This document shows, in pieces, positions 38,709 to 49,027 of a stretch of DNA of 55,718 nucleotides. The position numbers and the translations under genes were made by a program. The notes beneath the pieces are model-generated. The model did no database searches. It was not told where the DNA came from and was given only the letters and a program-made list of their open reading frames with translations. Source of the DNA: a virus (Duplodnaviria; Caudoviricetes); IMG/VR virus record IMGVR_UViG_3300047157_000003, positions 1-55,718 of that record; one strand, written 5' to 3'. Positions within the stretch are counted from its first letter, which is position 1, and each line of letters opens with the position of its first letter.

Positions 38709-38984
38709 TATGAATACTTTGTAACTTTTCTTCTATTTGACAAAACTTTACCGCAACCGTTTGCTACAGCTCCACCGCTAATCATTCGACGTACTGGACG
38801 CTTGCGAAACTCATTAGATGGCTCAATAACGCCACCCATAGCCTTCTTAACAGGCTTTTTTTTTGCTGTTTCCCCAGTTTTTAGCGCCTTTTTTTCTACA
38901 CTTAGCGATTGCTCCGCTTGCGTATGCGCTTGGAAACACCTTGTACCTTGCTTTTACCTTTTTGTAGCACGCGTCTTTTGGCAT
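38708..38984 (-). CDS. Basic protein (apparent homopolymer frameshift near 38860)
   Basis: Hand translation MPKDACYKKVKARYKVFPSAYASGAIAKC...; T9 run breaks the frame. Confidence 0.5.
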
Positions 38985-39048
38985 TCTTCTTCCTTTTCAT
39001 GGGCGATTTAGTAACTTGTTGCCCCATCTGTGAACGGCTCATAGCCAT

Positions 39049-39343
39049 TTAGCACTTCCACCTTTTTCTAGCTTGTCGCAATCGACTATTCGGATCTTTT
39101 GCAGCTTTCGGAAATTGTTTCATTTGTCCTGCTGAACGTGCGCAATAAGATTTACGGCGTTTAGCTGCGGCACTACCTTTTTTTAACCTTGCCAGTAACG
39201 GCAGTTTTGAGCTTAGAGCCGGGGTTTTTCTTACGATAAGCGGCAACACCCTTTTTGGTCATACCCGCACCGGCCTTAGTCTTTCGGTAGTTACCACCTT
39301 TGCCGGTGGTTTTGCGTATTGGATTTTCTTTTTTACGAGGCAT
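39049..39343 (-). CDS. Basic protein (DUF6321-like; one apparent frameshift)
   Basis: 'GMTKKGVAAYR..NPGSKL' joined to 'RRKSYCARSAGQM...RW.C'. Confidence 0.55.
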
Positions 39344-39396
39344 TAATCACCTATTAAAATTTTAGATGGGAGAATAAGGCACTCTCCCACCATATT

Positions 39397-39678
39397 TTAA
39401 GACAAAAACACTGTCAGTTCGTTGCTTGATCCTGTGAAAGCACTAACATACGCACCGCTTTTAGCTAGAATACCATCATCAGGAATGTTTAAATGGTGAA
39501 TCCCTGCTGGAAAAGTTTGCGTAATCAGTGTATCGCCCGAACCGCTACCATCTTTAATTGTAAAAGCACCCGCTGCGGCTGCATAAATTACAATTTGACG
39601 AATACGAGAACGAGCAGGACCGACAACAGCCGCAGATGTACCCTGCGCCCAATTATATGCCTTTACTGGACCTGCCAT
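39397..39678 (-). CDS. Small structural protein
   Basis: Beta-rich ORF with AGGAG RBS. Confidence 0.65.
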   Translation of the reverse strand: MAGPVKAYNWAQGTSAAVVGPARSRIRQIVIYAAAAGAFTIKDGSGSGDTLITQTFPAGIHHLNIPDDGILAKSGAYVSAFTGSSNELTVFLS

Positions 39679-39690
39679 GTTAAGCTCCTA

Positions 39691-40086
39691 TCACGCTAAG
39701 TTGTTGTTTTGAGCGTATAGGATAGTAAAACGAACTAAACCCGCATTTGTTGCAGCCGAAGCAGTAACAGTCAAACGAATGTCTGCTGTTCCTGTGTCTT
39801 GCCATGCCAGCGCAGCACCCGCTTCTGTAGTTGGATATTTACGTCCAGCAGTTGTTCCGCTTGCGAATGTGTTTAAAATAGTAGCTGCACCACCTACGGT
39901 ATCACCAACACTCAAGTTGGTTGTAGCATTCGCCGCAGTAATTACATCAATTACACAGTCAATAATCTGAGAATTTGCAGGAATAACAACGTTAGTAACA
40001 GATTTAATATCAGAGCCTACGGTTGTGCCAGTAGTATCTTTGATTGTTCCTGCCAGAATTGGCCCGGAAAAAGTAGTTGTACCCAT
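39691..40086 (-). CDS. Putative capsid decoration protein
   Basis: 'MGTTTFSGP' N-terminus; first gene after MCP. Confidence 0.6.
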   Translation of the reverse strand: MGTTTFSGPILAGTIKDTTGTTVGSDIKSVTNVVIPANSQIIDCVIDVITAANATTNLSVGDTVGGAATILNTFASGTTAGRKYPTTEAGAALAWQDTGTADIRLTVTASAATNAGLVRFTILYAQNNNLA

Positions 40087-40160
40087 GTCTATCTCCTGTC
40101 GTGGGTTAAGTCAGACGCTATTTGCGCCTGTCAGGGATAAGCAAATAATACACAACAATC

Positions 40161-40192
40161 CAAAAAAAGAAAGGGGGCAGATGAACTCCCCC
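40161..40192 (-). terminator. Terminator after the major capsid gene
   Basis: GGGGGAG...CTGCCCCC followed by T-run on the minus strand. Confidence 0.6.
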
Positions 40193-40217
40193 AATCAAAA
40201 CCAAACATTTGTTCGGG

Positions 40218-41133
40218 TTACGCTCCGGGTGAACCAAATACGCAACGTGGGTCCGAGAAAGCCAAATGAATAACGCTCACGCGCTTTAAAGCGCATGTTG
40301 CCTGTATCAAAATCTGCTTCCATGTTTGTACGCATGGGAGAACGCTCAAAGTGCTTGAAGCCATTTGGCGCGTCAGTTTTGATAAAGAACGCATCAGTAT
40401 CGGTGAGGAAGTGGTTAATTGTATAACCCTCTGGCACCATACCCATGTTCTTTGTCGCGTTAATATCATTGTCAGCAGTGCCGGGACGCAAAGTCGATTC
40501 CAGCAGACGATCTGCAATGAACTGAAGCTGTGGTGGAATAATCAGCTTAGTGCCACGAAGGGCAATAATCATATTCCGCTCATCAACAAAGCCTGAAATG
40601 TCAATCAAAGCATTTTCAAGCGAAGTTTCATTCAAGGTCAGCAGCAGTAGCTGGTTCGTTACGGAATGTACCGCCCTTGAGCCAACGGGTGAACCGCAGA
40701 ACAAAGCTCAACACCGTCACCGCCTGTGAACGCCGCGTTGAAAGCGTTGTTAAGAACAGCAGCAGCTTTAACTTGCTTAGAATGCGCCATTGAACGGGCA
40801 AGTGCCTTGGTGTAACGAGCGCCAAGCGGTCATACAGAGTTGTCTTCGATTGCCTCTTCAGTCAATTGCGAATGCAAGCGCAACCGTTTCGTGTGTAACG
40901 AGCAGTGTACGCTTCGTTAGCATCATCAAACGATCGACCCCTGATCCTTCGGACTTTTAGTAGGAGCATTTCCAAATCCTGACAAGCATAACTTCTTCTT
41001 CAAACGCACGGTCTGAAGATTCAGTGTCGAAGATTTCTGCATGTTCATTGTCGTAGCGATTGTACTCCATGCCGAACAAAGCGTTGAGGCCCGGTTCTAG
41101 CTCTTTGACAAGTTGTGAACGTGAAATAGCCAT
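40218..41133 (-). CDS. Major capsid protein (multiple apparent frameshifts)
   Basis: Reconstructed MAISRSQLVKELEPGLNALFGMEY...EEVMLSGFG...KARERYSFG..DPRC.FGSPGA; HMO-2011-like MCP. Confidence 0.85.
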
Positions 41134-41148
41134 AACTTATCTCCTTTC

Positions 41149-41723
41149 TTATGCCAGACCTGCAGTGCCAGCACTGAACAGGTGGTTGTTGATTTTGACT
41201 ATTACATTTGTATTAGCCGACGATACATCGTCATTCTCAGGGTCTTGAGAAATGTCGATAGCTTTAGAGCCAAGACCTGCAGTGGTCGCGCCTGTTGATA
41301 CTGCAAGTTCCATGCTGGAAACACCGCTTGCGGTTCGTCCAACAGGGCTGTTGTCTACAATATCAAAGTTGCCAAACAAGTCGGCTACAGGCATTGCTGC
41401 ATTCGCTTGAATTTCAAAGGTCGCACTTGGATCATCAATGACATTCGCAAAAATGTTTGTTCCAGTTGCGCTTGCAGGCCAATGGTTTGAGAATTTCACA
41501 TCACCATTAGAATCTACATATTCACAGCCATTAAATACGCCCAAGCATCAGATTAGTAGCACCTGCTGCAACGCGAGTAATTGTTCCATTTGTGTTGACT
41601 GTAACTAAGTCACCTTGGAAAATGTTCGTGTTGTAGCCAGAAGCAATACGATAACGGTTTTGTCTTTGTGAAGACAAAAGTTTTAAGTGGGCGAAGGCCG
41701 AAAGGGGCGTCTTGATTCGCCAT
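41149..41723 (-). CDS. Capsid-associated protein (apparent frameshifts)
   Basis: 'MANQDAPFGLRP...IFQGDLV...GVFNGCEY...VIDDP...V.INNH'. Confidence 0.65.
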
Positions 41724-41728
41724 CTTAC

Positions 41729-42199
41729 TTATCCTTCAGATTTATTCCGTGAGCCGAAGCTAACAGAAGATTTACGTTGTGGTGCCAGTTTTGGCATAAG
41801 GGCGTTGTTTTCCCGCATCCAATCGCGGTCAACAGCGTCCATTTGATTACTAGCCACTTGTGCAAAGTGTTGATTCCGCTGGTTTACCAATTCGGTAGGG
41901 ATTCGGGCCAAAACCAATCCACCGACACCAATGGTGCCTGCGTTTCTTCCTTCGTCAATGACGGGGCCAACATAATCAGGGTACTCTTCAGCGCGAACAA
42001 GTTCCCATCCCTCTTGCCGTTTCTTATGAACGTTAGTCTTATCATCATATTCCATGACAGATTCACGAATCCATCTATGCTTATATCCTAGAGGTGGCTC
42101 TGGGGCGTCTAAAGCAGAACCCGGACGCCATTCTTGAACACGTTCTGAGTGTTCCCGCGTATTTGCATCGCGTGACTTCCTGTTTTGATCATTTCCCAT
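41729..42199 (-). CDS. Conserved head-module hypothetical protein
   Basis: 'LDAP.PP.GY.HRWIR', 'EGWELVR', 'VGGL.LARIP'. Confidence 0.7.
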   Translation of the reverse strand: MGNDQNRKSRDANTREHSERVQEWRPGSALDAPEPPLGYKHRWIRESVMEYDDKTNVHKKRQEGWELVRAEEYPDYVGPVIDEGRNAGTIGVGGLVLARIPTELVNQRNQHFAQVASNQMDAVDRDWMRENNALMPKLAPQRKSSVSFGSRNKSEG

Positions 42200-42201
42200 G
42201 A

Positions 42202-43134
42202 TTATTCACTCCGTTTGTTTAATTTTGCTACTTCTTGCGCATATTTTTCGAGTGGTATTCTCATTTTTTTCGCAAAAGCAACTTGACCCGGTGATAACTC
42301 AACCGATTTTTTCCGCCCTGATTTTATAGACCGTCCATTGGACGTGGGAGCAACAGTCTGGGCGTTGGACCGTGTTTCCTTAAACCTTTGAGGCATTTCT
42401 CTACGCATACGAGAATCAATTTCTTTATAATAATCGCTTGACGTAGGATCGAAATCCTCTTCTAAAACTAACTGTTCATGAATAGCTTGAGCAGCACGAG
42501 TCATAACTCGATCAGTTCCAAACCAACTATTCTTATCTAACCAACTTTCTAACTTCGGATCACGTTGAGCCGGAGCTTGTCTTTGTGGAGGAGCTTGTTG
42601 TTGCTGAACCTGATCAGGTTGTTGCTCTTGCGCTCTTTGCCTATCGACATTAGCTTTTCTAGCCTGAACTTTATCTTTAGCTACAGCTATTTGTGCTAAT
42701 GCTTGTTGAGCTTTAGCCGCACGATCATAGTCGCCAGCCTCACTTGCTTCTGCGTAAGCGCGAGTAGCTTGAGCTTCTTGAGCTTTCAAGCGACCTTCAG
42801 CTTCTGTGTTATACCCTGCACTCATTTGCTGTAAACGCTGTTTCATTTGAGCGTTTTCTTGCTGAATTGTTTGAGCATACTGAACAGCGGCTTGAGCTTC
42901 TTCAGAAGCTTGCTTACGTTTTGCTGTTAATTGATTAATTCGACGTTGTACGGATTCGCTATAATTTTCTAGCTCATCATCTCCAGAAGATTTTTTACGA
43001 ACTTTTGTTCGGGTTTCTTCTTCATCATCAGAACTTACTTCAACACCTTCTTCTTGGTCTTGATCCTGATCGTCTTCAACATCTATAGATGCACCATTTT
43101 CAAAGTCATCGTCTTCACGAATATCTTCAGACAT
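42202..43134 (-). CDS. Putative scaffolding protein
   Basis: Acidic N-terminus, long coiled coil, upstream of MCP. Confidence 0.65.
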   Translation of the reverse strand: MSEDIREDDDFENGASIDVEDDQDQDQEEGVEVSSDDEEETRTKVRKKSSGDDELENYSESVQRRINQLTAKRKQASEEAQAAVQYAQTIQQENAQMKQRLQQMSAGYNTEAEGRLKAQEAQATRAYAEASEAGDYDRAAKAQQALAQIAVAKDKVQARKANVDRQRAQEQQPDQVQQQQAPPQRQAPAQRDPKLESWLDKNSWFGTDRVMTRAAQAIHEQLVLEEDFDPTSSDYYKEIDSRMRREMPQRFKETRSNAQTVAPTSNGRSIKSGRKKSVELSPGQVAFAKKMRIPLEKYAQEVAKLNKRSE

Positions 43135-43160
43135 AGTAATTTTCCTTGTTCTCTACTAAG

Positions 43161-43649
43161 TTATACATATGAAATGTCCTTCGGGTCAAGGATTGTTGAG
43201 ATAATATTATCGTCATTTATGATTCTAACCTCAAGTCCTTCCACTTTGAACCTATTTCCACTATATCTTCCTATAAGTACCCAATCTTTCTCACGACACC
43301 ACGCACCACTTGGGAACTTTTGGGAGTCTGTGTAAGCATCAGGACCCAGTTTAACGACATAAGCCGCAACTGTTGCAAAAGATTCACGGTCACGAACCTG
43401 ATCAGGTACGATTAAACCGCCTTTTGTTTTTTCGCTAGGATAGTAGGGAATTATGAGTACGCGGTAGCCTGTTGGCTGCGGCAATCTCTCCAGAGAAGAC
43501 TGCTTCATTTCAGAAGGATCGTCTTCATTTTTATTTTTACCGCCTTTGCCAAAGGCGTTTTCAATTGGCTTAGGAACTGTTGGATTTTCCTTTATGGCCT
43601 TTTGCGCTGCTTTAGCAACGTGTTCAGGCACAAACAACTTTTTAGTCAT
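43161..43649 (-). CDS. groES: Co-chaperonin GroES-like protein
   Basis: 'P.PTGYRVLI.P....KTKGGLIVP', 'V.LGPDAY', 'RIINDD.I'. Confidence 0.8.
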   Translation of the reverse strand: MTKKLFVPEHVAKAAQKAIKENPTVPKPIENAFGKGGKNKNEDDPSEMKQSSLERLPQPTGYRVLIIPYYPSEKTKGGLIVPDQVRDRESFATVAAYVVKLGPDAYTDSQKFPSGAWCREKDWVLIGRYSGNRFKVEGLEVRIINDDNIISTILDPKDISYV

Positions 43650-43839
43650 CTGAGTATTCTATACCTTTCATCGCGGCTTTAATTTCATCTTCAACATAGG
43701 ACATGCCACGTATTTGACCTACAATATACCGATACTCCTCAAGAGTTTGTATCGAACCGTCCGCGAGCTTATCTTTAAGACGAGCATCGCGTTCACGAAC
43801 GCTTTTCAATAAGTATTGTGCTAAGTTTAATGCATCCAT
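43642..43839 (-). CDS. Hypothetical protein
   Basis: 'EEYRYIVGQIRG' motif upstream of groES. Confidence 0.65.
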   Translation of the reverse strand: MDALNLAQYLLKSVRERDARLKDKLADGSIQTLEEYRYIVGQIRGMSYVEDEIKAAMKGIEYSDD

Positions 43840-43937
43840 ACCACATATAGTATAAAATTATACGGGAAATACAAGTATAAATACCAAAAAGTCAGAAAAT
43901 TCCTCGGAATATCTGGGGTCTTGATATTTTACTAAAC

Positions 43938-44162
43938 CTACTTAGACTTTTTTGCTGTGGTTTTTTTCTTTGCAACAGCTTTCTTTTTGACTTTTGACTT
44001 TTCAATCCAAGATTCATTTTCTTCTGTTTTTGGGTCGTCTTTGATGAAGTGTCCATTTTCATTCCTAGCTCTTACCATTTCAACAGGAGTTTCAGATAGC
44101 CGTTGGGCTACCTTCTTTTCTTTTTCTTGTTCAGCCATTTTTTGTCTAACAGATGATGTCAT
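43938..44162 (-). CDS. Small basic protein
   Basis: 'RARNENGHFIKDDP.T..NE.W'. Confidence 0.6.
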   Translation of the reverse strand: MTSSVRQKMAEQEKEKKVAQRLSETPVEMVRARNENGHFIKDDPKTEENESWIEKSKVKKKAVAKKKTTAKKSK

Positions 44163-44163
44163 G

Positions 44164-46638
44164 TTATTGCCTTTTCGTTTGTGCGTTTAAATTTGCAATA
44201 TCTCGTTGCGTTTGTATGCGATCTTCCGCAATCCTAGTTTTGTCTGCCAAAGCAGCTTCTGATACATCAATTCTTTGTTGTGCTGTAAGAACATCATTAC
44301 GCTCTTGCTCACGCTGAAACTCTTGCTTTGTTTCAAACTCAGCTTGCTTACGTTGCATATCAGCGGCTTTAAGTTGTAGCTCTTGGTTTCTAATATCAAC
44401 AAGTGGATCAGAAGTTTCCGGTGCCGCAACAGCTTGCGCAAGTTCTTCAGTTAAGTCAGCTATAATTTGAGCTGCTAAAGAATCTATTTGAGGTTTAAAC
44501 TGCGCCATAGGATCAGGAGCTTGTGCTTGTGGACCTGCCATCTGAGCTTGTTGTTGCATCATTTCCATTTGTTCTGGTGGAATCTGACTCATAACTTCTT
44601 GTTGTGCCTGTGCTTCTGCAAGTAGCCCTATATGCTCCTGTATGTGGCCTTGTAGAGCCATAATAGCATTTGGGTTAAGTTGCATAGCTGGAGTGGCCAT
44701 AACCGCCATGTGAGCTTCTATGTGCGCCTCATGATCTTGATCTGGAAATGCTTGCAAAGGAGCGCCCTGTAAAGCGTTTTGATTTTCCTTAGAAGGATTA
44801 ACAGGAGGTGGTGGTGGAGGTGGAGGTGGCAATATGCCATCAATGTTAGTCACGCCAAGAGCTTCGTACATTTTTCTGTACGCAGTATATAGGCCTTGAG
44901 GTCCACCGTGTATTTGTGGGTTTGATTGAACCAACTGCAACTCTGTTTGTGCCAACGCAATACGTTGAGACATAGAGAAAATGTTTGGATCAGATACGGG
45001 CAATACGTCAACTCTAGCATCAAAGTCTTGAGCAAATATTTCTGGACCCATTTGCATATCTGCTTGATATGGGTACGCAGGAATAGTTTCTGCAAAAATC
45101 TTAGATAAAAGCTTAAACTCAATCTTTTGAGAATAATGTAAACGCTTATGGATAGCTGACATAACTTTTGTGCCACGCTCCATAATTGCCATAGTAGTTC
45201 CTACAGGCGTATCACCACTCATTTCACCGACTTTCATGTCAGCCATTGAAGCAAACCTACGTCCAGCGTCTACAAGCGTTCCAAGAAGGCTATACAGCGT
45301 TCCTGAAGGCTCTTTAAAGGGGAGAGGCATCAAAGAGCCTTGCAGGGTGCCTCCAACCACATCAATGTCGCGGAATTCGCCCGGTTGAAGAGGAGAATCT
45401 TCGTCACGAATTCTTGCGCCACGGGCTTTAAAGCCTGCTGGTAAGTTGGAAAGGGTACCTGCGTCTATAAGTTGACGAAGGATAGATGTAGACGCTTGTG
45501 CTAAACCGCCTATCATATGCGTTAAGCCTAGACCGTAAAAACCTAGTCCCGGAAGAAACTTGTAATGTACGAAATATTGCTTGGCTCGTTTCATTGCATC
45601 GTCTTCAGCATAGTTTCTACGAACAGAAAGAACGTCACCAGAATCTTCAAGTATAGTTACTATATATGGTAACTTTAATCCTGTTGGCTCACCATCTGCT
45701 CCAAGGTCTTCAAAACCTTCAATATCAAGAGATGTATGAACTTCATATATTGTAAGTTCTTCTGATGGACCTGATGGGTGAACGCCTTGGATGTCATCAA
45801 TTGACTCCTCAACTTCACTCATAGATGAATCCTCAGCGTCAGAAGGCAAATCAATATCTCGGTAAAAACCTGCAAGCTGAAGCTTTCTAATTTCGTTGGA
45901 ATCCATAGTTAATCTATGTGTGATACGCGGAGAAGACGTAAGATCAGTTGCGCCGTATGGTACAATCATATCTTCTGCGTGAACAAAACTACTAACAGCG
46001 CGTTGCTTTAAAGGATCGTTGTAAACTTTTTTAAATGTCGAACCAATAACAGGAAGATAGAATAACATTTGATCTAACTCAGGATCATATTCTTCCATTT
46101 CGTAAGTTATCATATAGTTCATGTAGTCCTTTACACGCTCTGCTTGCTGAACAAGCATTTGGTTTTGAGCGCCGACAACTTGTGATCTAACAGGACCAGT
46201 GGCTGGCAAAAGCTCACGATAAGCTTGAGCTTGAAACTGTGTAACACTTTCAGCAAGTAAAGGATGAATAACGCCAGAAGAGCCAGCAAAAGGCTCAGAA
46301 CGTTCTTCTGTCTTCATGCCAAGAAACTCAAGACCTTTTTTATACGTGTCTTCCCAGTCTTCACGAGCAGATAAATCGTCTTCAATTGAACCAACAAGAT
46401 CAGATGAAATTAGGTTTAAATCACCCTCATCCATAATATCTGCTAGGTTTCCACCAAATTCAATTTCTTCTACAGCTTCTTTTTCTTCTTCGTATTCACC
46501 AATAACAGCACTGCCATCATCAAACTCTGTAATACCCGGATCAGCAGGTAATTCAGGAACTTCCATCATACGAGTGTTGTCTTCAACTACAGGTTGATCA
46601 GGAACTCCACCTGCACCTATTCCTTGCTCAATAGCCAT
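44164..46638 (-). CDS. Portal protein
   Basis: 824 aa; 'HPLLAESV.QFQAQAY.EL.P..GPV', 'GFYG.GL', 'DAGTL.NLP.GFK'. Confidence 0.85.
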   Translation of the reverse strand: MAIEQGIGAGGVPDQPVVEDNTRMMEVPELPADPGITEFDDGSAVIGEYEEEKEAVEEIEFGGNLADIMDEGDLNLISSDLVGSIEDDLSAREDWEDTYKKGLEFLGMKTEERSEPFAGSSGVIHPLLAESVTQFQAQAYRELLPATGPVRSQVVGAQNQMLVQQAERVKDYMNYMITYEMEEYDPELDQMLFYLPVIGSTFKKVYNDPLKQRAVSSFVHAEDMIVPYGATDLTSSPRITHRLTMDSNEIRKLQLAGFYRDIDLPSDAEDSSMSEVEESIDDIQGVHPSGPSEELTIYEVHTSLDIEGFEDLGADGEPTGLKLPYIVTILEDSGDVLSVRRNYAEDDAMKRAKQYFVHYKFLPGLGFYGLGLTHMIGGLAQASTSILRQLIDAGTLSNLPAGFKARGARIRDEDSPLQPGEFRDIDVVGGTLQGSLMPLPFKEPSGTLYSLLGTLVDAGRRFASMADMKVGEMSGDTPVGTTMAIMERGTKVMSAIHKRLHYSQKIEFKLLSKIFAETIPAYPYQADMQMGPEIFAQDFDARVDVLPVSDPNIFSMSQRIALAQTELQLVQSNPQIHGGPQGLYTAYRKMYEALGVTNIDGILPPPPPPPPPVNPSKENQNALQGAPLQAFPDQDHEAHIEAHMAVMATPAMQLNPNAIMALQGHIQEHIGLLAEAQAQQEVMSQIPPEQMEMMQQQAQMAGPQAQAPDPMAQFKPQIDSLAAQIIADLTEELAQAVAAPETSDPLVDIRNQELQLKAADMQRKQAEFETKQEFQREQERNDVLTAQQRIDVSEAALADKTRIAEDRIQTQRDIANLNAQTKRQ

Positions 46639-47072
46639 TAGAAAATGTCCTTTTCGTTCCCTTCAAGCGGTTCGTGTATGTCTATGTCGCTAAAGTCGGT
46701 AACTGGACCGCCTTTCCCCCATTCACTACAAACGTTTTCCGCTGCACAGGTAAAATCTAGTTTATTGCAGTATCCTACTTGAGAACCTTCGTCCATGCCA
46801 ATACCATTTTCTATACAGTCTAGCATAGAAGCTCGAATGTCATAATATTTACAAGTTCCACAAATTTGTTTTTTTCTTTCTGAATCATTTTCAGAATGAC
46901 CATATTCGTATTCCTGTATGGCATTCTCACGATTTTCAGAATTTATTTTAGAATCTTGAGTTGAAAGAGGGCAAGAAAGCTCCTCTTCCTCATCATACAT
47001 ACCATCATCAACAACTTGGTTGACCCCAGATGTAAGCTCATCCATATCAATGTTAATGATGATTTTAGTCAT
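46638..47072 (-). CDS. Cys-rich putative metal-binding protein
   Basis: CGTC...C...GYC.....C.....C. Confidence 0.6.
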   Translation of the reverse strand: MTKIIINIDMDELTSGVNQVVDDGMYDEEEELSCPLSTQDSKINSENRENAIQEYEYGHSENDSERKKQICGTCKYYDIRASMLDCIENGIGMDEGSQVGYCNKLDFTCAAENVCSEWGKGGPVTDFSDIDIHEPLEGNEKDIF

Positions 47073-47272
47073 TATTTTACTCCACTAAACTTTTTACCAG
47101 TAATAGCTGCACCACATCCACGAGACATACCATTACTTTCTTTTTCAACACTGCCACCGTGACCATACTTTTTAACAGCACCACCGTGCATGTATTTTTC
47201 AGCTAGATTAGGGTCCATTTTCTTTTGAACAGCTTCTGGTAATTTAGAAAAACCTTTATACTTTTTATTCAT
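47072..47272 (-). CDS. Small basic protein with GG motifs
   Basis: 'YMHGGAV', 'YGHGGSV'. Confidence 0.6.
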   Translation of the reverse strand: MNKKYKGFSKLPEAVQKKMDPNLAEKYMHGGAVKKYGHGGSVEKESNGMSRGCGAAITGKKFSGVK

Positions 47273-47532
47273 TAGCGCATCCCCTTATACTTTCCGCCAC
47301 GTCCAGCCATAACGCAACCCATTTTAGATTTTTTCTTTTTGGCTTTTTTCTTTTTAACTGCGCCACCTTTTTTGTATTCCATAACCTTACCACCATTTTT
47401 AAATGGACGAGGCTTAGGCTTTGCAGATGTTGTACCTAACATTTTAAGTAACCTTTGAATTTCAGCTTCAGAAAGCGTTTTTCCAGACTCAGTTCCAGCT
47501 TCGGCTAGTTCAGATGGACTAAGGCCACTCAT
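47272..47532 (-). CDS. Small basic protein with GG motifs
   Basis: GGAGGG RBS before ATG at 47532; 'FKNGGKV', 'YKKGGAV'. Confidence 0.6.
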   Translation of the reverse strand: MSGLSPSELAEAGTESGKTLSEAEIQRLLKMLGTTSAKPKPRPFKNGGKVMEYKKGGAVKKKKAKKKKSKMGCVMAGRGGKYKGMR

Positions 47533-47539
47533 ATCCCTC

Positions 47540-49023
47540 CTAGTAATATTCACGTTTTTGTTTCTTAAAAGCGATCTCATCTTCATCATCATAGTCACTT
47601 GGAGTCGTAATAAAACCACCCTGTCTAAATCGCAGTATAGCCTGAGTCATCGAATCCGCCAAGTCATCATGTTCACCATTTGGAAATGCAGCACATTCTT
47701 CCATAACTTCATCAGCAAAATTAGTCTCTGGACACCACACCATACCGCTTTCAAACACAGGCGCGCAAGCGTGCATTCGCGTAAACTTATCAGCACCACG
47801 CCCGGTGTAAATGGAGTTACAGGTATACCCATACGTCGTAGTTCTTGCGTCAACGGCATACCAGAACCTTTTTGCTCTATCAAAACCATATCAGGATCAT
47901 ACTCTTGGTATGATCATGCGCCTGCTCTTTTAACTCAGGAAACTCCCAGCGCCCCTCACAGCGTCAAGTAAAATAATATGTTCCTCACGCTGTTTCCTCG
48001 TGAGTGAAAAATACCCCAAGTTGTAATAGCACTAGTAGTCAGCCCTATCGCTTTTACTAAACGCAGTATCGTAACTTTGAATAATATAGCTGCATGGAGG
48101 AGGGTCTTCTTTTTCCCACAACCTTCCACCACTCACGCTTAATAATCGCACCCTCTTCAGCAGTCGGGTTCTGCATATACTGCGCGTTCCATTTGCTACA
48201 GGAATAGAGGCTTTTACGCCTTCTAGTTCATCTAAAGCCCAATACTCAGGCCATAATGGTTCGCCAGAGGGCATAATTGCAGGAAACTCTACAATCTCCC
48301 ACTTATCAGCACCCTTTTCACTTCTGTTTTGCAAAACCTTCGCAGTTAAATCACGAATAGACCATCGCGTCATAACAATAATTATCGCGCCACCGGGCTG
48401 TAAACGCTGTCTAGGACCAGAAGTGTACCACTCGTAGATATTATCTAACGCAGTAACGCTTAACGCATCCTGTTCAGAAACAGGATCGTCAATAATTGCC
48501 AAATCAGCGCCACGACCAGCAGAGCGCCGCCCACACCAACAGCGTAATATTCACCACCACCGTTCGTACTCCAACGACCACTCGCTTTCGCATCTGCCAG
48601 CAAGACTGACACTTAGGAAAACATCTCTAAAATCATCGCTATCAATTAGGTTTTTAACCTTACGACCAAAACCAACAGCAACTCCGCCGTGTGCGTTGCT
48701 TGAATAATCTTTCAAATCAGGGCGTCTGCCCCATAAGCCACGTTGGAAACAAATAACTCGCAAACTCAGACTTCGTATGTCGCGGCGGCATGTTAATAAT
48801 TAAACGCTTTAACTTACCATCAGCCACAGCCTGTAGCTTTTCAGCGTAAATCTTGTGGTGCCTGCCCTCAATAAACTGAGGCCAAACATGCTTCACAAAA
48901 TTCATATAGTTGTCGTGCTTTTCAGAACGTTTATCTAACGTCGATAAGCCGCTCCAACATGGGAGCGACCTTCGCTAACTCTTCGTCAGTTAGATACTCT
49001 GAAAAGTTATCAAGGCCTTCCAT
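47540..49023 (-). CDS. terL: Terminase large subunit (fragmented by many apparent frameshifts)
   Basis: 'NMPPRHTKSE', 'IIDDP', 'VMTRW', 'QSYDTA', 'IEQKGSG', 'FPNGEHDDLAD' spread across consecutive ORF fragments. Confidence 0.85.
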
Positions 49024-49027
49024 TTAA

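Noticed and set aside
40218-41723. Fragmented MCP and upstream gene as recoding or decay
   Set aside because: Indels cluster locally, several at short homopolymers, and the proteins are reconstructable; likely sequencing error
47540-49023. Fragmented terL as a pseudogene or programmed frameshifting
   Set aside because: Many scattered 1-nt indels in an essential gene, with all motifs still present, fit long-read consensus error
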